NCBI GenBank assembly: GCA_039030795.1 | Contig: JBCCDM010000001.1 | Coordinates: forward strand, 1-44,447 | Origin: Cyanobacteria bacterium P01_A01_bin.84 | Lineage (GTDB): Bacteria > Cyanobacteriota > Cyanobacteriia > Cyanobacteriales > Nostocaceae | Length of the DNA: 44,447 bases | Direction: 5' to 3' | Shown: in pieces, positions 1-7,718 of the stretch | Position numbering within the stretch: position 1 is the stretch's first letter | Layout: the number at the start of each line of letters is the position of its first letter | Position numbers and translations under genes: made by a program | Notes under the pieces: model-generated | What the model was told of the DNA's origin: nothing | The model's database searches: none | What the model saw: only the letters and a program-made list of their open reading frames with translations

Positions 1-2
1 AA

Positions 3-173
3 CGAAAATCAAAAAGACATAGTAATTTTTGGATAGGTACTTACGGTGATTTGTGGGTAATCGCTTGGGAATTTTTAATAGATATTATTCAAGATATGAT
101 GAATATTAATCGTCATAAACTTCCTTTATATCAAAAAGGATTAAGGGCAATGTCAATGCTACAAAACCTATGA
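3..173 (+). CDS. 3' end of a CDS cut by the window edge (hypothetical protein)
   Basis: Frame 3 is open from the window edge to TGA at 171-173. Composition is protein-like (..WIGTYGDLWVIAWEFLIDIIQDMMNINRHKLPLYQKGL..). No family recognised. Confidence 0.3.
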   Translation, partial: RKSKRHSNFWIGTYGDLWVIAWEFLIDIIQDMMNINRHKLPLYQKGLRAMSMLQNL

Positions 174-382
174 TTTTAACTCGTAAACATACTTTTCACT
201 TATTATAAAAAACTATTTAAGATTAGTTCTTAATCTTTTCTTCAAGCTTCCTTGTTGAAAAACAAATAAACTTGCCAATGGAAGAGAAGGAGAAACCGCT
301 TCGCGGTTGCTCCTTCTCTGATATGATGTTTTGTCATTTTCTTATCATTTTTGAAACAATTTTTTGGCATGCGTTGTTGCAT

Positions 383-634
383 CTATTCCTTGCTGTGACT
401 CTTTTTCACTTCTCTTGTCACCCCGTGAACGATGGCACGCTTAATAGTTGCATTACTTGCATCGCTACTATCAAGCTCGCGCAAAAAAGGCTCCACATCG
501 GAAGTTTGCATCTTTGCAGGATTCTTGACTCCTACATCAGCAAAAATATCCGCACATATCTCACTTTGTGCATCGCTTATTTCTAATTGAGATAATTCAC
601 TTTTGACTTTGCTTAAATCGCTCATCGTTCCCAA
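383..634 (-). CDS. hypothetical small acidic protein
   Basis: 83-codon ORF with ordinary soluble-protein composition. The overlapping + strand ORF 272..586 is Cys/His/Phe-rich and looks like an antisense shadow. The start could be the second Met (nt 625). Confidence 0.4.
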   Translation of the reverse strand: MGTMSDLSKVKSELSQLEISDAQSEICADIFADVGVKNPAKMQTSDVEPFLRELDSSDASNATIKRAIVHGVTREVKKSHSKE

Positions 635-802
635 CCAACACTATCTTACAATTATCTACAAATATTGAAATAATTGCTTCGATAAAAGCACAGATATTTA
701 TGAATTTTACAAACAAATATTAGATTAAACGTAAATCTCTAACTAAACCAATCAAGATTTTATTCCATCTAAAAACTTTGCACTAATTAATATAATTACA
801 AA

Positions 803-1702
803 GTGGAAATATACTTGATAACCGGCGATTGCGAATTTTCTCAACAGCTTGCAATTAAAGACATCGTAAAAGATTCAACCCTAGAAATCATTGAATCAAC
901 CATATCCGAAGAAGATGCCATCACAACAATCAACACTCCAAATTTATTTACTTCTAAAGTAACGATATTCAAAGATAAAACTATCAATAGCCTTGGGAAA
1001 ATTTTCATTCCCTACCTCTGTAAAACTAACAACAAGATAGTATTCATCATTCCCAAATGCGATAAGCGCACGGCTTTAGGAAAATGGTTATACCAAAATG
1101 CCCAAGTCAAAGAATGCAATCAAATATCCCAATGGGATACCCAAGCTCAACATACTCAAGCTATCTACCTATCAAAGCGCATAGGCTTCATTTGTACAGG
1201 TTCAGCTATCAACGAATTAGTTAAAAGAGTAGGTAATAACAGTCGCAGAATGCACGCCGAATTACAGAAACTCAAAGCATCTGTTGCACCGAGTCAGGTT
1301 GAAGCGAAGCACGTTGAATCACTGGTAAATGATGAAATAGGTAACGCCATTAATCTAGCAAATGCTTGTCGTCAAAGAAATATCCTTAAAGCTAATTCAA
1401 TCCTAAAAATCATTAATGCTGGTAATCAAAACCCAGCAGCTACATTTGCAACTCTAATCACCTACTTCAAAACATGGTTGATTACTAAGGAAGGATTGAT
1501 AAACCAAATTACTGATGAACAGATAGCTCAAAATCTATCACTCAGAAATCCTAACCGAATTTACTATCTTAAACGAGAAGTGGAGGAATGCAGCATCGAA
1601 GTATTGAAAAAGCAGTATTTAATCCTTCTCCAATCTTCCGTCAATCAATACCCAACACAACAAACTTTAGTCAACACCATAATCAAACTCTGTCAAAAAT
1701 GA
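803..1702 (+). CDS. DNA polymerase III delta subunit (HolA)-like clamp-loader protein
   Basis: 299 aa with a GTG start. The N-terminus (IYLITGDCEFSQQ) and overall helical layout resemble HolA. The stop overlaps the ATG of the next AAA+ clamp-loader-like gene (ATGA at 1699-1702). Confidence 0.55.
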   Translation: MEIYLITGDCEFSQQLAIKDIVKDSTLEIIESTISEEDAITTINTPNLFTSKVTIFKDKTINSLGKIFIPYLCKTNNKIVFIIPKCDKRTALGKWLYQNAQVKECNQISQWDTQAQHTQAIYLSKRIGFICTGSAINELVKRVGNNSRRMHAELQKLKASVAPSQVEAKHVESLVNDEIGNAINLANACRQRNILKANSILKIINAGNQNPAATFATLITYFKTWLITKEGLINQITDEQIAQNLSLRNPNRIYYLKREVEECSIEVLKKQYLILLQSSVNQYPTQQTLVNTIIKLCQK

Positions 1703-2469
1703 ATTTCAATCAAATCAAAGGACAAAAATTAGCCAAAATATTAATAGAACCCAACCTTAACAATCTCCCATCAATGCTATTTTACGGTATGCCAGGTATT
1801 GGTAAATCAACAATGGCAAGAATGCTTGCTAATTCAATACTAGGAAGCACCATAACCCACCCAGATAGATATGAAGTTGTAGAAGTACTAAAGATAGAAG
1901 AAGTACGCAATATTATCGCTTGGACAAACCAATCCCCAGCTATCAGCAATAAAAAAGTGGCTATAATCCACGATTGCGATACTGCATCCCATGCTGCATT
2001 CCAAGCTTTACTTAAGGTTCTAGAAGAAAGCAATACTGTATTTATATTGACAACTTCCAATATTGATTCTCTTCCTAGAACTATACCAAGCCGATTAACC
2101 AAAATCCCCTTTCTACCTTTAACTAAAGAGGAATTGATTCAAGTAATCGGTGAAGTAGACGTACCACCAACCTTCCCCAATTCACCAGGGCTAGTTTTGA
2201 CACTCAAAATAACACTAGCCAAGTTAAATCCTCATATCAGTCTATTACCACCACGAAGTATAACTCAAGCATTCAAAACTGCAAGCGCAATTAACCAAAA
2301 CCTTCATGACGCAACCACTCACAAAGCATTTGCACTTTATCTTATACATCTGTGGTATCACCTAGGATATTTCGATGAATCGGAAATAGTAAATAAGCAT
2401 ATTAATAAGCTCAGTGATAAGAATCCATCTTTAATTTGGGAGCAAATTATGATACTTTCAGCTAAATAA
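1699..2469 (+). CDS. DNA polymerase III delta-prime (HolB)-like AAA+ clamp-loader protein
   Basis: Walker A is GMPGIGKST. There is a DCD box in place of DEAD (AIIHDCD). A sensor-1 style TIPSRLTKIPFLPL matches the SRC motif region of delta-prime/gamma. I moved the start to ATG 1699 (MNFNQIKGQ); the 1588 start in the ORF track overlaps holA. Confidence 0.65.
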   Translation: MNFNQIKGQKLAKILIEPNLNNLPSMLFYGMPGIGKSTMARMLANSILGSTITHPDRYEVVEVLKIEEVRNIIAWTNQSPAISNKKVAIIHDCDTASHAAFQALLKVLEESNTVFILTTSNIDSLPRTIPSRLTKIPFLPLTKEELIQVIGEVDVPPTFPNSPGLVLTLKITLAKLNPHISLLPPRSITQAFKTASAINQNLHDATTHKAFALYLIHLWYHLGYFDESEIVNKHINKLSDKNPSLIWEQIMILSAK

Positions 2470-2572
2470 CTTTCAAGAAACTGCTTATTAAAGAAGACTT
2501 TATAGCAGTTTCGTAATCGCTAAATTAGAAATCAAAGTATGATTTAAAAATTAACAATTAACTAAGCTCACT

Positions 2573-3187
2573 ATGACCAGTACTTCAGACTTTAACAGGT
2601 TCAATTATATCAAGGGAGCTAACAAAGATATAACGATTGAATTAATTAGCTGGTTCACAAAATCGCAAGAATATATTAACCAGTACTTCGGAGGAGACAG
2701 AAACCAAATCAACAAGACCGTTTTTGGTGATTGCGTATCAAAAATAGAATCATTAATAGATTTAGTTATTGATGATAATTATTCATCAGAGTTTAGAGGA
2801 GTAAGGGATACAAATGGCCGCTTGCAAGCTGGCGCAATAATTTCAGAGCAGATAGGTGAACTTTACCCGTATACTGAAGAAAGAAAATATTTATCGATAG
2901 ACCCGTTTACTACTCCTCCTTGGAATTGTCTAAAATTAGAAGAGGTAGAATTTCCTGAAAAACAAAAAGGAGCAGCTACATGGTTGATAACAGAAATTGT
3001 TCGAGAAATAATTGATACAGAAATTGAAGGAGTAACTAAAGTATTAGCAATTGATAGAGCAAGAAACTTTTACTTAGATGTTGGATTTGAAGAAAATCCG
3101 GAGTATTTTAGAGAATTAATTTTAACGAAAGAAGCAGCAATATTTTTCTTAGAAGAACAATTAAATCGCAGAAGGAACATACAATGA
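2573..3187 (+). CDS. GNAT-family N-acetyltransferase-like protein (cassette copy 1)
   Basis: The C-terminal half has a GNAT motif-A-like segment (KQKGAATWLITEIVREI .. AIDRARNFYLDVGFEE). It is a paralog (roughly 80% aa identity by eye) of 23167..23778 on the minus strand. Confidence 0.55.
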   Translation: MTSTSDFNRFNYIKGANKDITIELISWFTKSQEYINQYFGGDRNQINKTVFGDCVSKIESLIDLVIDDNYSSEFRGVRDTNGRLQAGAIISEQIGELYPYTEERKYLSIDPFTTPPWNCLKLEEVEFPEKQKGAATWLITEIVREIIDTEIEGVTKVLAIDRARNFYLDVGFEENPEYFRELILTKEAAIFFLEEQLNRRRNIQ

Positions 3188-3450
3188 CCAACGAAAAATA
3201 TCAGCCAACAAAAGAAGATTTAGAAAGATGGGAAAGATTAGATGAACTAGGTCTGACCGCAATGTGTGGTACACCTATTTCTGATGAAGAGAAAGATAGA
3301 AGGATTCAATCGGTAATTGACGGAAGTTGCTTGTTAAAGTATTTAGACAAAATATTGAAGCAAAAGCAAGAAGCTTTAAAAAAGTTAGCAGATTTAGAAG
3401 AAATTGAGAAGGTTCTAAGAGAAAAAATTTCGATGAATAAAATCAGCTAA
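3184..3450 (+). CDS. small coiled-coil partner protein of the GNAT cassette (copy 1)
   Basis: 88 aa, translationally coupled to the GNAT gene (ATGA overlap). It is a paralog of 22892..23167 (-), sharing YQPT.E.. .W.RLDELG.TAMCGTP.S.EEKDRRIQSVIDGSC. Confidence 0.5.
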   Translation: MTNEKYQPTKEDLERWERLDELGLTAMCGTPISDEEKDRRIQSVIDGSCLLKYLDKILKQKQEALKKLADLEEIEKVLREKISMNKIS

Positions 3451-3508
3451 TAGAACAAATGTTCTGCTATATTTAAAGCATAATAAAGCTAATAACTAAG
3501 GCAGAATC

Positions 3509-3901
3509 ATGATACTACAAGCTGAAAAAACGCTATGGTGTTCGGGTGGCGGATTTGAAGAAGCGCTGGTGGACGTAAAAATTTATCATGATAGGAAAAC
3601 TCAAAAAGCAATCATCGTTATAGAAGATAACCCAGATACGCCTGAAACCTACGTGGGGTGCGGCACTATCATCGATGAAGTAATCGCTAAAATAGCCTTT
3701 GTTTTTGAATTAAATCCTAGCAAAACGAAATGGATTCACGTCCGAAATTTGCTTGGTGAAGAGCATGTAAGTGAAGTTGTTGCCAAAGATTGGAAAAAAT
3801 CACCTTCCTCTCAATTTAGTAATTTGAAGGTTAGGAAAGTAGCAACACCGCAATCTATTTATTGGGTTAGAACTAAGCTTGAGAATCTAAAAATTGATTG
3901 A
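3509..3901 (+). CDS. hypothetical protein
   Basis: 130-codon ORF preceded by aaggcagaatc. No family recognised. Confidence 0.45.
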   Translation: MILQAEKTLWCSGGGFEEALVDVKIYHDRKTQKAIIVIEDNPDTPETYVGCGTIIDEVIAKIAFVFELNPSKTKWIHVRNLLGEEHVSEVVAKDWKKSPSSQFSNLKVRKVATPQSIYWVRTKLENLKID

Positions 3902-3940
3902 TTTTATAAACACAGGAATTAGTATTACTCCAAAGCCACT

Positions 3941-3980
3941 GGGGACGTTTTTATTATTAAAGCGTCCTCAAGTTTTTTTA
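3941..3980 (+). terminator. candidate intrinsic terminator
   Basis: GGACG..(15-nt loop)..CGTCC stem followed by a T7 run, directly after the 3509..3901 CDS. Confidence 0.4.
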
Positions 3981-4010
3981 AAAAGCTTCGCTTAAATTAG
4001 GTGAAATTTA
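3980..4010 (+). promoter_or_regulatory. conserved upstream motif copy 1 (AAAAAGCTTCGCTTAAATTAGGTGAAA)
   Basis: One of six copies of AAAAAAGCTTCGCTT-N-RAAA-N2-3-TGAA, all on the + strand. This copy precedes a structured non-coding stretch rather than a CDS. Confidence 0.4.
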
Positions 4011-4019
4011 TCACCGTTA

Positions 4020-4210
4020 ACTCACTTCGTTCGTAAGGAAGAAGGAAGGAGACAGAGGGAAGAAGGGAATTGATTACTTCTTTCTTCTCCCTAAATATGG
4101 GATGAAGAATTCCCCACCGTCATACGGTGTAAGAATTGCGTTGGGGTTTAAATCCCCATTGCAATTCAAACTTCTTCCTTCTTCCTTCTTCCATCTTCCT
4201 TCGTTTTTTA
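4020..4210 (+). ncRNA. candidate structured small RNA (polypurine/polypyrimidine long hairpin)
   Basis: A GA-rich arm (4033-4070, aaggaagaaggaaggagacagagggaagaaggg) is complementary to a CT-rich arm (4168-4203, cttcttccttcttccttcttccatcttccttcg). They enclose ~95 nt and are followed by T6. It lies just downstream of motif copy 1. Confidence 0.3.
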
Positions 4211-4352
4211 AAATCATGACTATATTTAGTGCAAATACAACTAATAGCAATAATGAAGCAATTAGCCTTGTTCAATTTGATTCTGAAATTTATAAAATTG
4301 GTCAAGGTTCAAAACTCCCAGCCTTCGGGAGATGTAGAACGAGATAGCACGT

Positions 4353-4532
4353 TTACGTGCCCGACTCTTCAATCAGTGTATCAATATAATCTCTGAGCCG
4401 TTCCTGCCAGTTGGGAATGGCTTTCAATTTTTCAAGCTGTCCCTGTCGAGGCTTAAAACTTACAGGTTTGTGATTTAAAGGCTTATCCCCATAAGGTAGA
4501 GCGCCTAATTTGTTTCCTTTCCGAAAAGTCAT
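4353..4532 (-). CDS. hypothetical small basic protein, divergent from tnpB
   Basis: I trimmed the ORF to the internal Met (MTFRKGNKLGALPYGDKPLNHKPVSFKPRQGQLEKLKAIPNWQERLRDYIDTLIEESGT). The longer version overlaps the tnpB upstream region. Confidence 0.35.
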   Translation of the reverse strand: MTFRKGNKLGALPYGDKPLNHKPVSFKPRQGQLEKLKAIPNWQERLRDYIDTLIEESGT

Positions 4533-4591
4533 TGGTAGTAGCTGTAGTAGTTGGTATACTAACATTAAAACAAGCATTGAGAGGTCGGTCA

Positions 4592-5926
4592 ATGGCTAAA
4601 AAGAAAAGTAAAAAGCTAAGAAAGCAAATGGGTGTGCAGCAAATGCTATTACATCCAAGCAAGGAAGTAAAAGCAATCTTAGACTACTTATGCGAACAGT
4701 CAGGGAAGCTATATAACTGCGCTATTTATTTTGCTCGTCAAACATTTTTCAAAACGGGTACGTTACTTACAGGTAAGTTTGACTTGATATATGAGGCAAC
4801 CGTAGGAAAGTCAGTTATTGCTCAATCACTGCCATCAATTCCCGCTCAACAAACTTTACTCTCAGTCGCAGAAGCGTTTAAGTCGTACAAGGAACTAAGA
4901 GAAAAGCATTTTGCTAAAGACTTACATTTTAAACCTAAGCCACCTAGCTATCTAAAAGGTAAAAAACTGTTTAAGGTTGCTTACCCCAATTGCGGGGCAG
5001 GTAAACCGAGCTTAAGCGAAAAAAACATAAGGTTTCCTTTAGGATTGACTGTTAAACGGTGGTTTGGCATTAAAGAGTTTTTCTTACCAATGCCGTCAAA
5101 CATTGATTTCAATAAGGTCAAAGAGTTTACCATTCTTCCTAAAAACGGCGTATATTACCTTGAGTGCAGCTACGAGTTAACACCGCAAGCACCTAACTTA
5201 GACTTTGAACAAGCCCTATCTATCGACTTAGGAACAGCCGATAATTTAGCAGCTTGCGTCGATACGTGTGGTAACTCTTTCTTAGTAGATGCTCGCCACA
5301 TGAAAGCGATGAACCAGTTGTGGAACAAGAAAGTTGCTACTTATAAAGAAAACAAACCGCAAGGCTTTTGGAACGAATGGCTTGACCGAGTGACTAGGAA
5401 GCGCAATCACCAATTAAGAGACGGCATTAACAAAGCTGCAAAGCTAATCATTGACCATTGTTTAAAGCATGGTGTCGGCAACTTAGTAGTAGGGTGGAAC
5501 GAAAGCTTTAAAGTTAATGCCGATATGGGTCGGGTTAACAATCAAAAATTTGTTCAGATGCCACTAGGTAAGCTTAAAGACCGATTAGAACAACTTTGTA
5601 AGCTACACGGAATTAAATTCCACGAGACAGAAGAGGCGTACACTAGCAAATCTAGCTATCTAGATGGAGACTCCCTGCCCAAGTACCGGGAAAAACCGGA
5701 AGGGTGGAAAGCATCGGGTAACAGAACTAGACGTGGCTTGTATCGTACTTCTAAAGGATATTTAGTAAATGCCGACCTCAACGGGTCAGCGAACATAATG
5801 CGTAAAGTAAGCAGAAACTTAGGCTTAGACCTAAGCAAACTGTGTAGGCGGACATTGACAACCGCAGCTAGAGTCAAGCTATGGCACGGGTCGAGTCAGA
5901 CCCCTCTGTGTAGGACTTCTCTGTAA
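4592..5926 (+). CDS. tnpB: TnpB (IS200/IS605-family OrfB, IS1341-like solo copy), RNA-guided nuclease family
   Basis: RuvC-I is SIDLGTADNLA, there is a TEEAYTSK segment, and RuvC-III is VNADLNGSANIMRK. The Lys-rich N-terminus is MAKKKSKKLRKQ. No tnpA lies adjacent. The start is set at ATG 4592. Confidence 0.85.
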   Translation: MAKKKSKKLRKQMGVQQMLLHPSKEVKAILDYLCEQSGKLYNCAIYFARQTFFKTGTLLTGKFDLIYEATVGKSVIAQSLPSIPAQQTLLSVAEAFKSYKELREKHFAKDLHFKPKPPSYLKGKKLFKVAYPNCGAGKPSLSEKNIRFPLGLTVKRWFGIKEFFLPMPSNIDFNKVKEFTILPKNGVYYLECSYELTPQAPNLDFEQALSIDLGTADNLAACVDTCGNSFLVDARHMKAMNQLWNKKVATYKENKPQGFWNEWLDRVTRKRNHQLRDGINKAAKLIIDHCLKHGVGNLVVGWNESFKVNADMGRVNNQKFVQMPLGKLKDRLEQLCKLHGIKFHETEEAYTSKSSYLDGDSLPKYREKPEGWKASGNRTRRGLYRTSKGYLVNADLNGSANIMRKVSRNLGLDLSKLCRRTLTTAARVKLWHGSSQTPLCRTSL

Positions 5927-5985
5927 GCAAAAGAATCTCCCGCTTTTAGCGAAGCGCAAGCGGGAGAGTGTCAAAGAAGATTAAT
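5800..5985 (+). ncRNA. candidate omega-RNA (reRNA) of the solo tnpB
   Basis: It overlaps the tnpB 3' end and extends ~60 nt beyond the stop. It contains a strong hairpin CTCCCGC-ttttagcgaagcgcaa-GCGGGAG (about 5937-5967). This position is typical of TnpB guide-RNA scaffolds. Confidence 0.4.
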
Positions 5986-5991
5986 TTCACC

Positions 5992-6014
5992 AAAAAGGGG
6001 ATTCCCCTTTTTTA
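5992..6014 (+). terminator. candidate intrinsic terminator
   Basis: GGGG-att-CCCC hairpin followed by T6. Confidence 0.45.
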
Positions 6015-6084
6015 CTTTTTTACCAATCAAGATTCAAGTCTTCAATTAATATAATAAACATTAATTTTAGCTAGAACCGCAAAA

Positions 6085-6894
6085 GTGATACAAACCAATT
6101 CCCTAACACTCCCTCTCAGCAACACCACCGTATTAGTAACTCGTGCCGCTTCTCAATCCGATAATTTTATCAACCTGCTACAACAATATGGTGCAACTGC
6201 TTTATCAATGTCTTGTTTATGTATCAAACCTCCTACTAGCTGGAAATCAATTGATAATGCTATATCTGATATTGATAAGTTTGATTGGGTAATATTTACC
6301 TCCACCAACGGCATCGATTTCTTCTGCAATCGCATGATTAATAAACAAGGTAATATCAATGCTTTGAAGAATATAAAAATAGCAGTTGTTGGTGCTAAAA
6401 CACGATTATATTTAATCAACACTTACGGTATAATTCCCAGCTTCACTCCTCCGGATAATGTCTCCGACTCGCTCATAGAATGCTTCCCAAACCGCAATAA
6501 ATTGCTAGGAACTAAGATACTGTACCCCAAACTCGAAGCAGGTGGAAGAGAAAATATTCCAGAAGAGTTATCATCTCTCGGAGCAACAGTTACTGCAATT
6601 CCTGCTTATCAATCAAATTGTAGTACCGAGATACCAACCACTATTGAGAGGGCTTTTAAACAAGGTCGTATTAATGTTGTAACGTTTGCTAGTCCTAAAA
6701 CTGTCGAATGTTTTTATCAAATGATTCAATCAATTAGTAGAAAATCTTTATTAGACAATATTTGTATTGCTTCTATTGGTCCGGTTACATCTGTAGCTTG
6801 TAAGGAGATATTAGGAAGGGTAGACGTTGAAGCACAACCATATACTTTAGATGGATTAATCAATTCAATTATTAACTGGAAAAAATCAACATGA
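6085..6894 (+). CDS. hemD: uroporphyrinogen-III synthase
   Basis: Collinear HemD hallmarks are VLVTRAASQS..L...GA, WVIFTSTNG, IAVVGAKT, ..GGRE.., VVTFASPKTV and ASIGPVTS. GTG start. Confidence 0.75.
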   Translation: MIQTNSLTLPLSNTTVLVTRAASQSDNFINLLQQYGATALSMSCLCIKPPTSWKSIDNAISDIDKFDWVIFTSTNGIDFFCNRMINKQGNINALKNIKIAVVGAKTRLYLINTYGIIPSFTPPDNVSDSLIECFPNRNKLLGTKILYPKLEAGGRENIPEELSSLGATVTAIPAYQSNCSTEIPTTIERAFKQGRINVVTFASPKTVECFYQMIQSISRKSLLDNICIASIGPVTSVACKEILGRVDVEAQPYTLDGLINSIINWKKST

Positions 6895-7295
6895 GCCGAT
6901 ATTTAATCAAAGCCATAAATCCCAAGCATAGAGTTACTGTAGGCTACGACAGAGCAGCAGGAACAACAGGTGCTGGATATTTTGCTCAAATAGAAGATAC
7001 AGAAATTGAAAACGAGTTAGAAGAATTAATAAATTTAAAAGACGAACAAAAACCAGAACGTTGGCAAGAAGAAATTGATGAATTAGAAAGCAAAGTTGTT
7101 GTTCTTTGGATTGGTGACGATTATCGCAATCCTGTCAATTCTCCTGAAGAACTACAAAAACTTATAGCACCATACGCTACTTTAGATAAAGCAGTCAAAG
7201 CTCAATTACAAGAAGATGCTCAAGTTGAATCAGAACAATCGCCCGGAATCATGAAGAACTTTATTCAAAATTTTCTGGACAACCCAAAATCCTAA
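6891..7295 (+). CDS. hypothetical acidic protein, translationally coupled to hemD
   Basis: 134 aa with an ATGA overlap with hemD. Glu/Asp-rich. No family recognised. Confidence 0.5.
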   Translation: MSRYLIKAINPKHRVTVGYDRAAGTTGAGYFAQIEDTEIENELEELINLKDEQKPERWQEEIDELESKVVVLWIGDDYRNPVNSPEELQKLIAPYATLDKAVKAQLQEDAQVESEQSPGIMKNFIQNFLDNPKS

Positions 7296-7322
7296 AAAAG
7301 CTTCGCCTATAAAAATTGCAAT
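7294..7322 (+). promoter_or_regulatory. conserved upstream motif copy 2 (AAAAAAGCTTCGCCTATAAAAATTGCA)
   Basis: Motif copy ~20 nt upstream of the 59-codon ORF at 7342. Confidence 0.35.
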
Positions 7323-7341
7323 TAACAAGTTAACAAAAAAA

Positions 7342-7521
7342 ATGCAATTTATTAAACAAGCAGCTATCAACGAGTATTTACATATTCAAAAGCTAGAGCA
7401 AAATCTAACAGATTACGAATTGGAATATACTTGGACTAGCAAAAAAGGTAGAGAAGTAGAAAGAAGTTGGGAACGTTTCGGTTTATTGTGCGATTTTCTC
7501 GATTTATTCAACGCAAACTAA
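7342..7521 (+). CDS. hypothetical 59-aa protein (below the ORF-track cutoff)
   Basis: ATG 7342 to TAA 7519-7521 (MQFIKQAAINEYLHIQKLEQNLTDYELEYTWTSKKGREVERSWERFGLLCDFLDLFNAN). It sits between a motif copy and the strong hairpin at 7621. Confidence 0.35.
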   Translation: MQFIKQAAINEYLHIQKLEQNLTDYELEYTWTSKKGREVERSWERFGLLCDFLDLFNAN

Positions 7522-7618
7522 AATACCCAAGCTGAAATAACCCTAAAGTACTTTAAACCACGAAGAGGCGGAGACGGAACTCTTCCTGACTTCATCTAAA
7601 TACGAGTAACATCAATTA

Positions 7619-7652
7619 TAAATAACTTCCTAAATTAGGAAGTTATTTTTTT
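7619..7652 (+). terminator. perfect 13-bp palindrome plus T-run (terminator; could also be a centromere-like site)
   Basis: AATAACTTCCTAA-a-TTAGGAAGTTATT followed by T7, located 65 bp upstream of parA. Confidence 0.55.
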
Positions 7653-7718
7653 GTTATCAAAATCACATAATTTAAGCATCGAATTATATAATCCGGTTAT
7701 AGAATCATCATCACTATC

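Noticed and set aside
272-586. 104-aa + strand ORF
   Set aside because: Its Cys/His/Phe-rich, low-plausibility composition fully overlaps a more protein-like minus-strand ORF. It is most likely an antisense shadow.
1588-1698. N-terminal extension of the holB-like ORF given in the ORF track
   Set aside because: The extension overlaps the last 115 nt of the holA-like gene in another frame. The ATG at 1699 gives a typical AAA+ N-terminus and an ATGA coupling.
4130-4170. CRISPR-repeat-like string (ggtttaaatccccattgcaattcaaac)
   Set aside because: It occurs only once. No repeat-spacer periodicity appears anywhere in the window and no cas genes are present.
4102-4347. 81-aa (+) and 61-aa (-) ORFs across the polypurine/polypyrimidine hairpin
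   Set aside because: The translations are low-complexity products of the GA/CT tracts (SSFFHLPSFF / RRKMEEGRRKK). The region is better explained as a structured non-coding element. A short 44-codon ORF (from ATG about 4216) cannot be excluded.
7621-7647. 13-bp perfect palindrome as parS
   Set aside because: It does not resemble the canonical TGTTNCACGTGAAACA parS, and with its T-run it works as a terminator. A centromere role upstream of parA remains possible but is unsupported.
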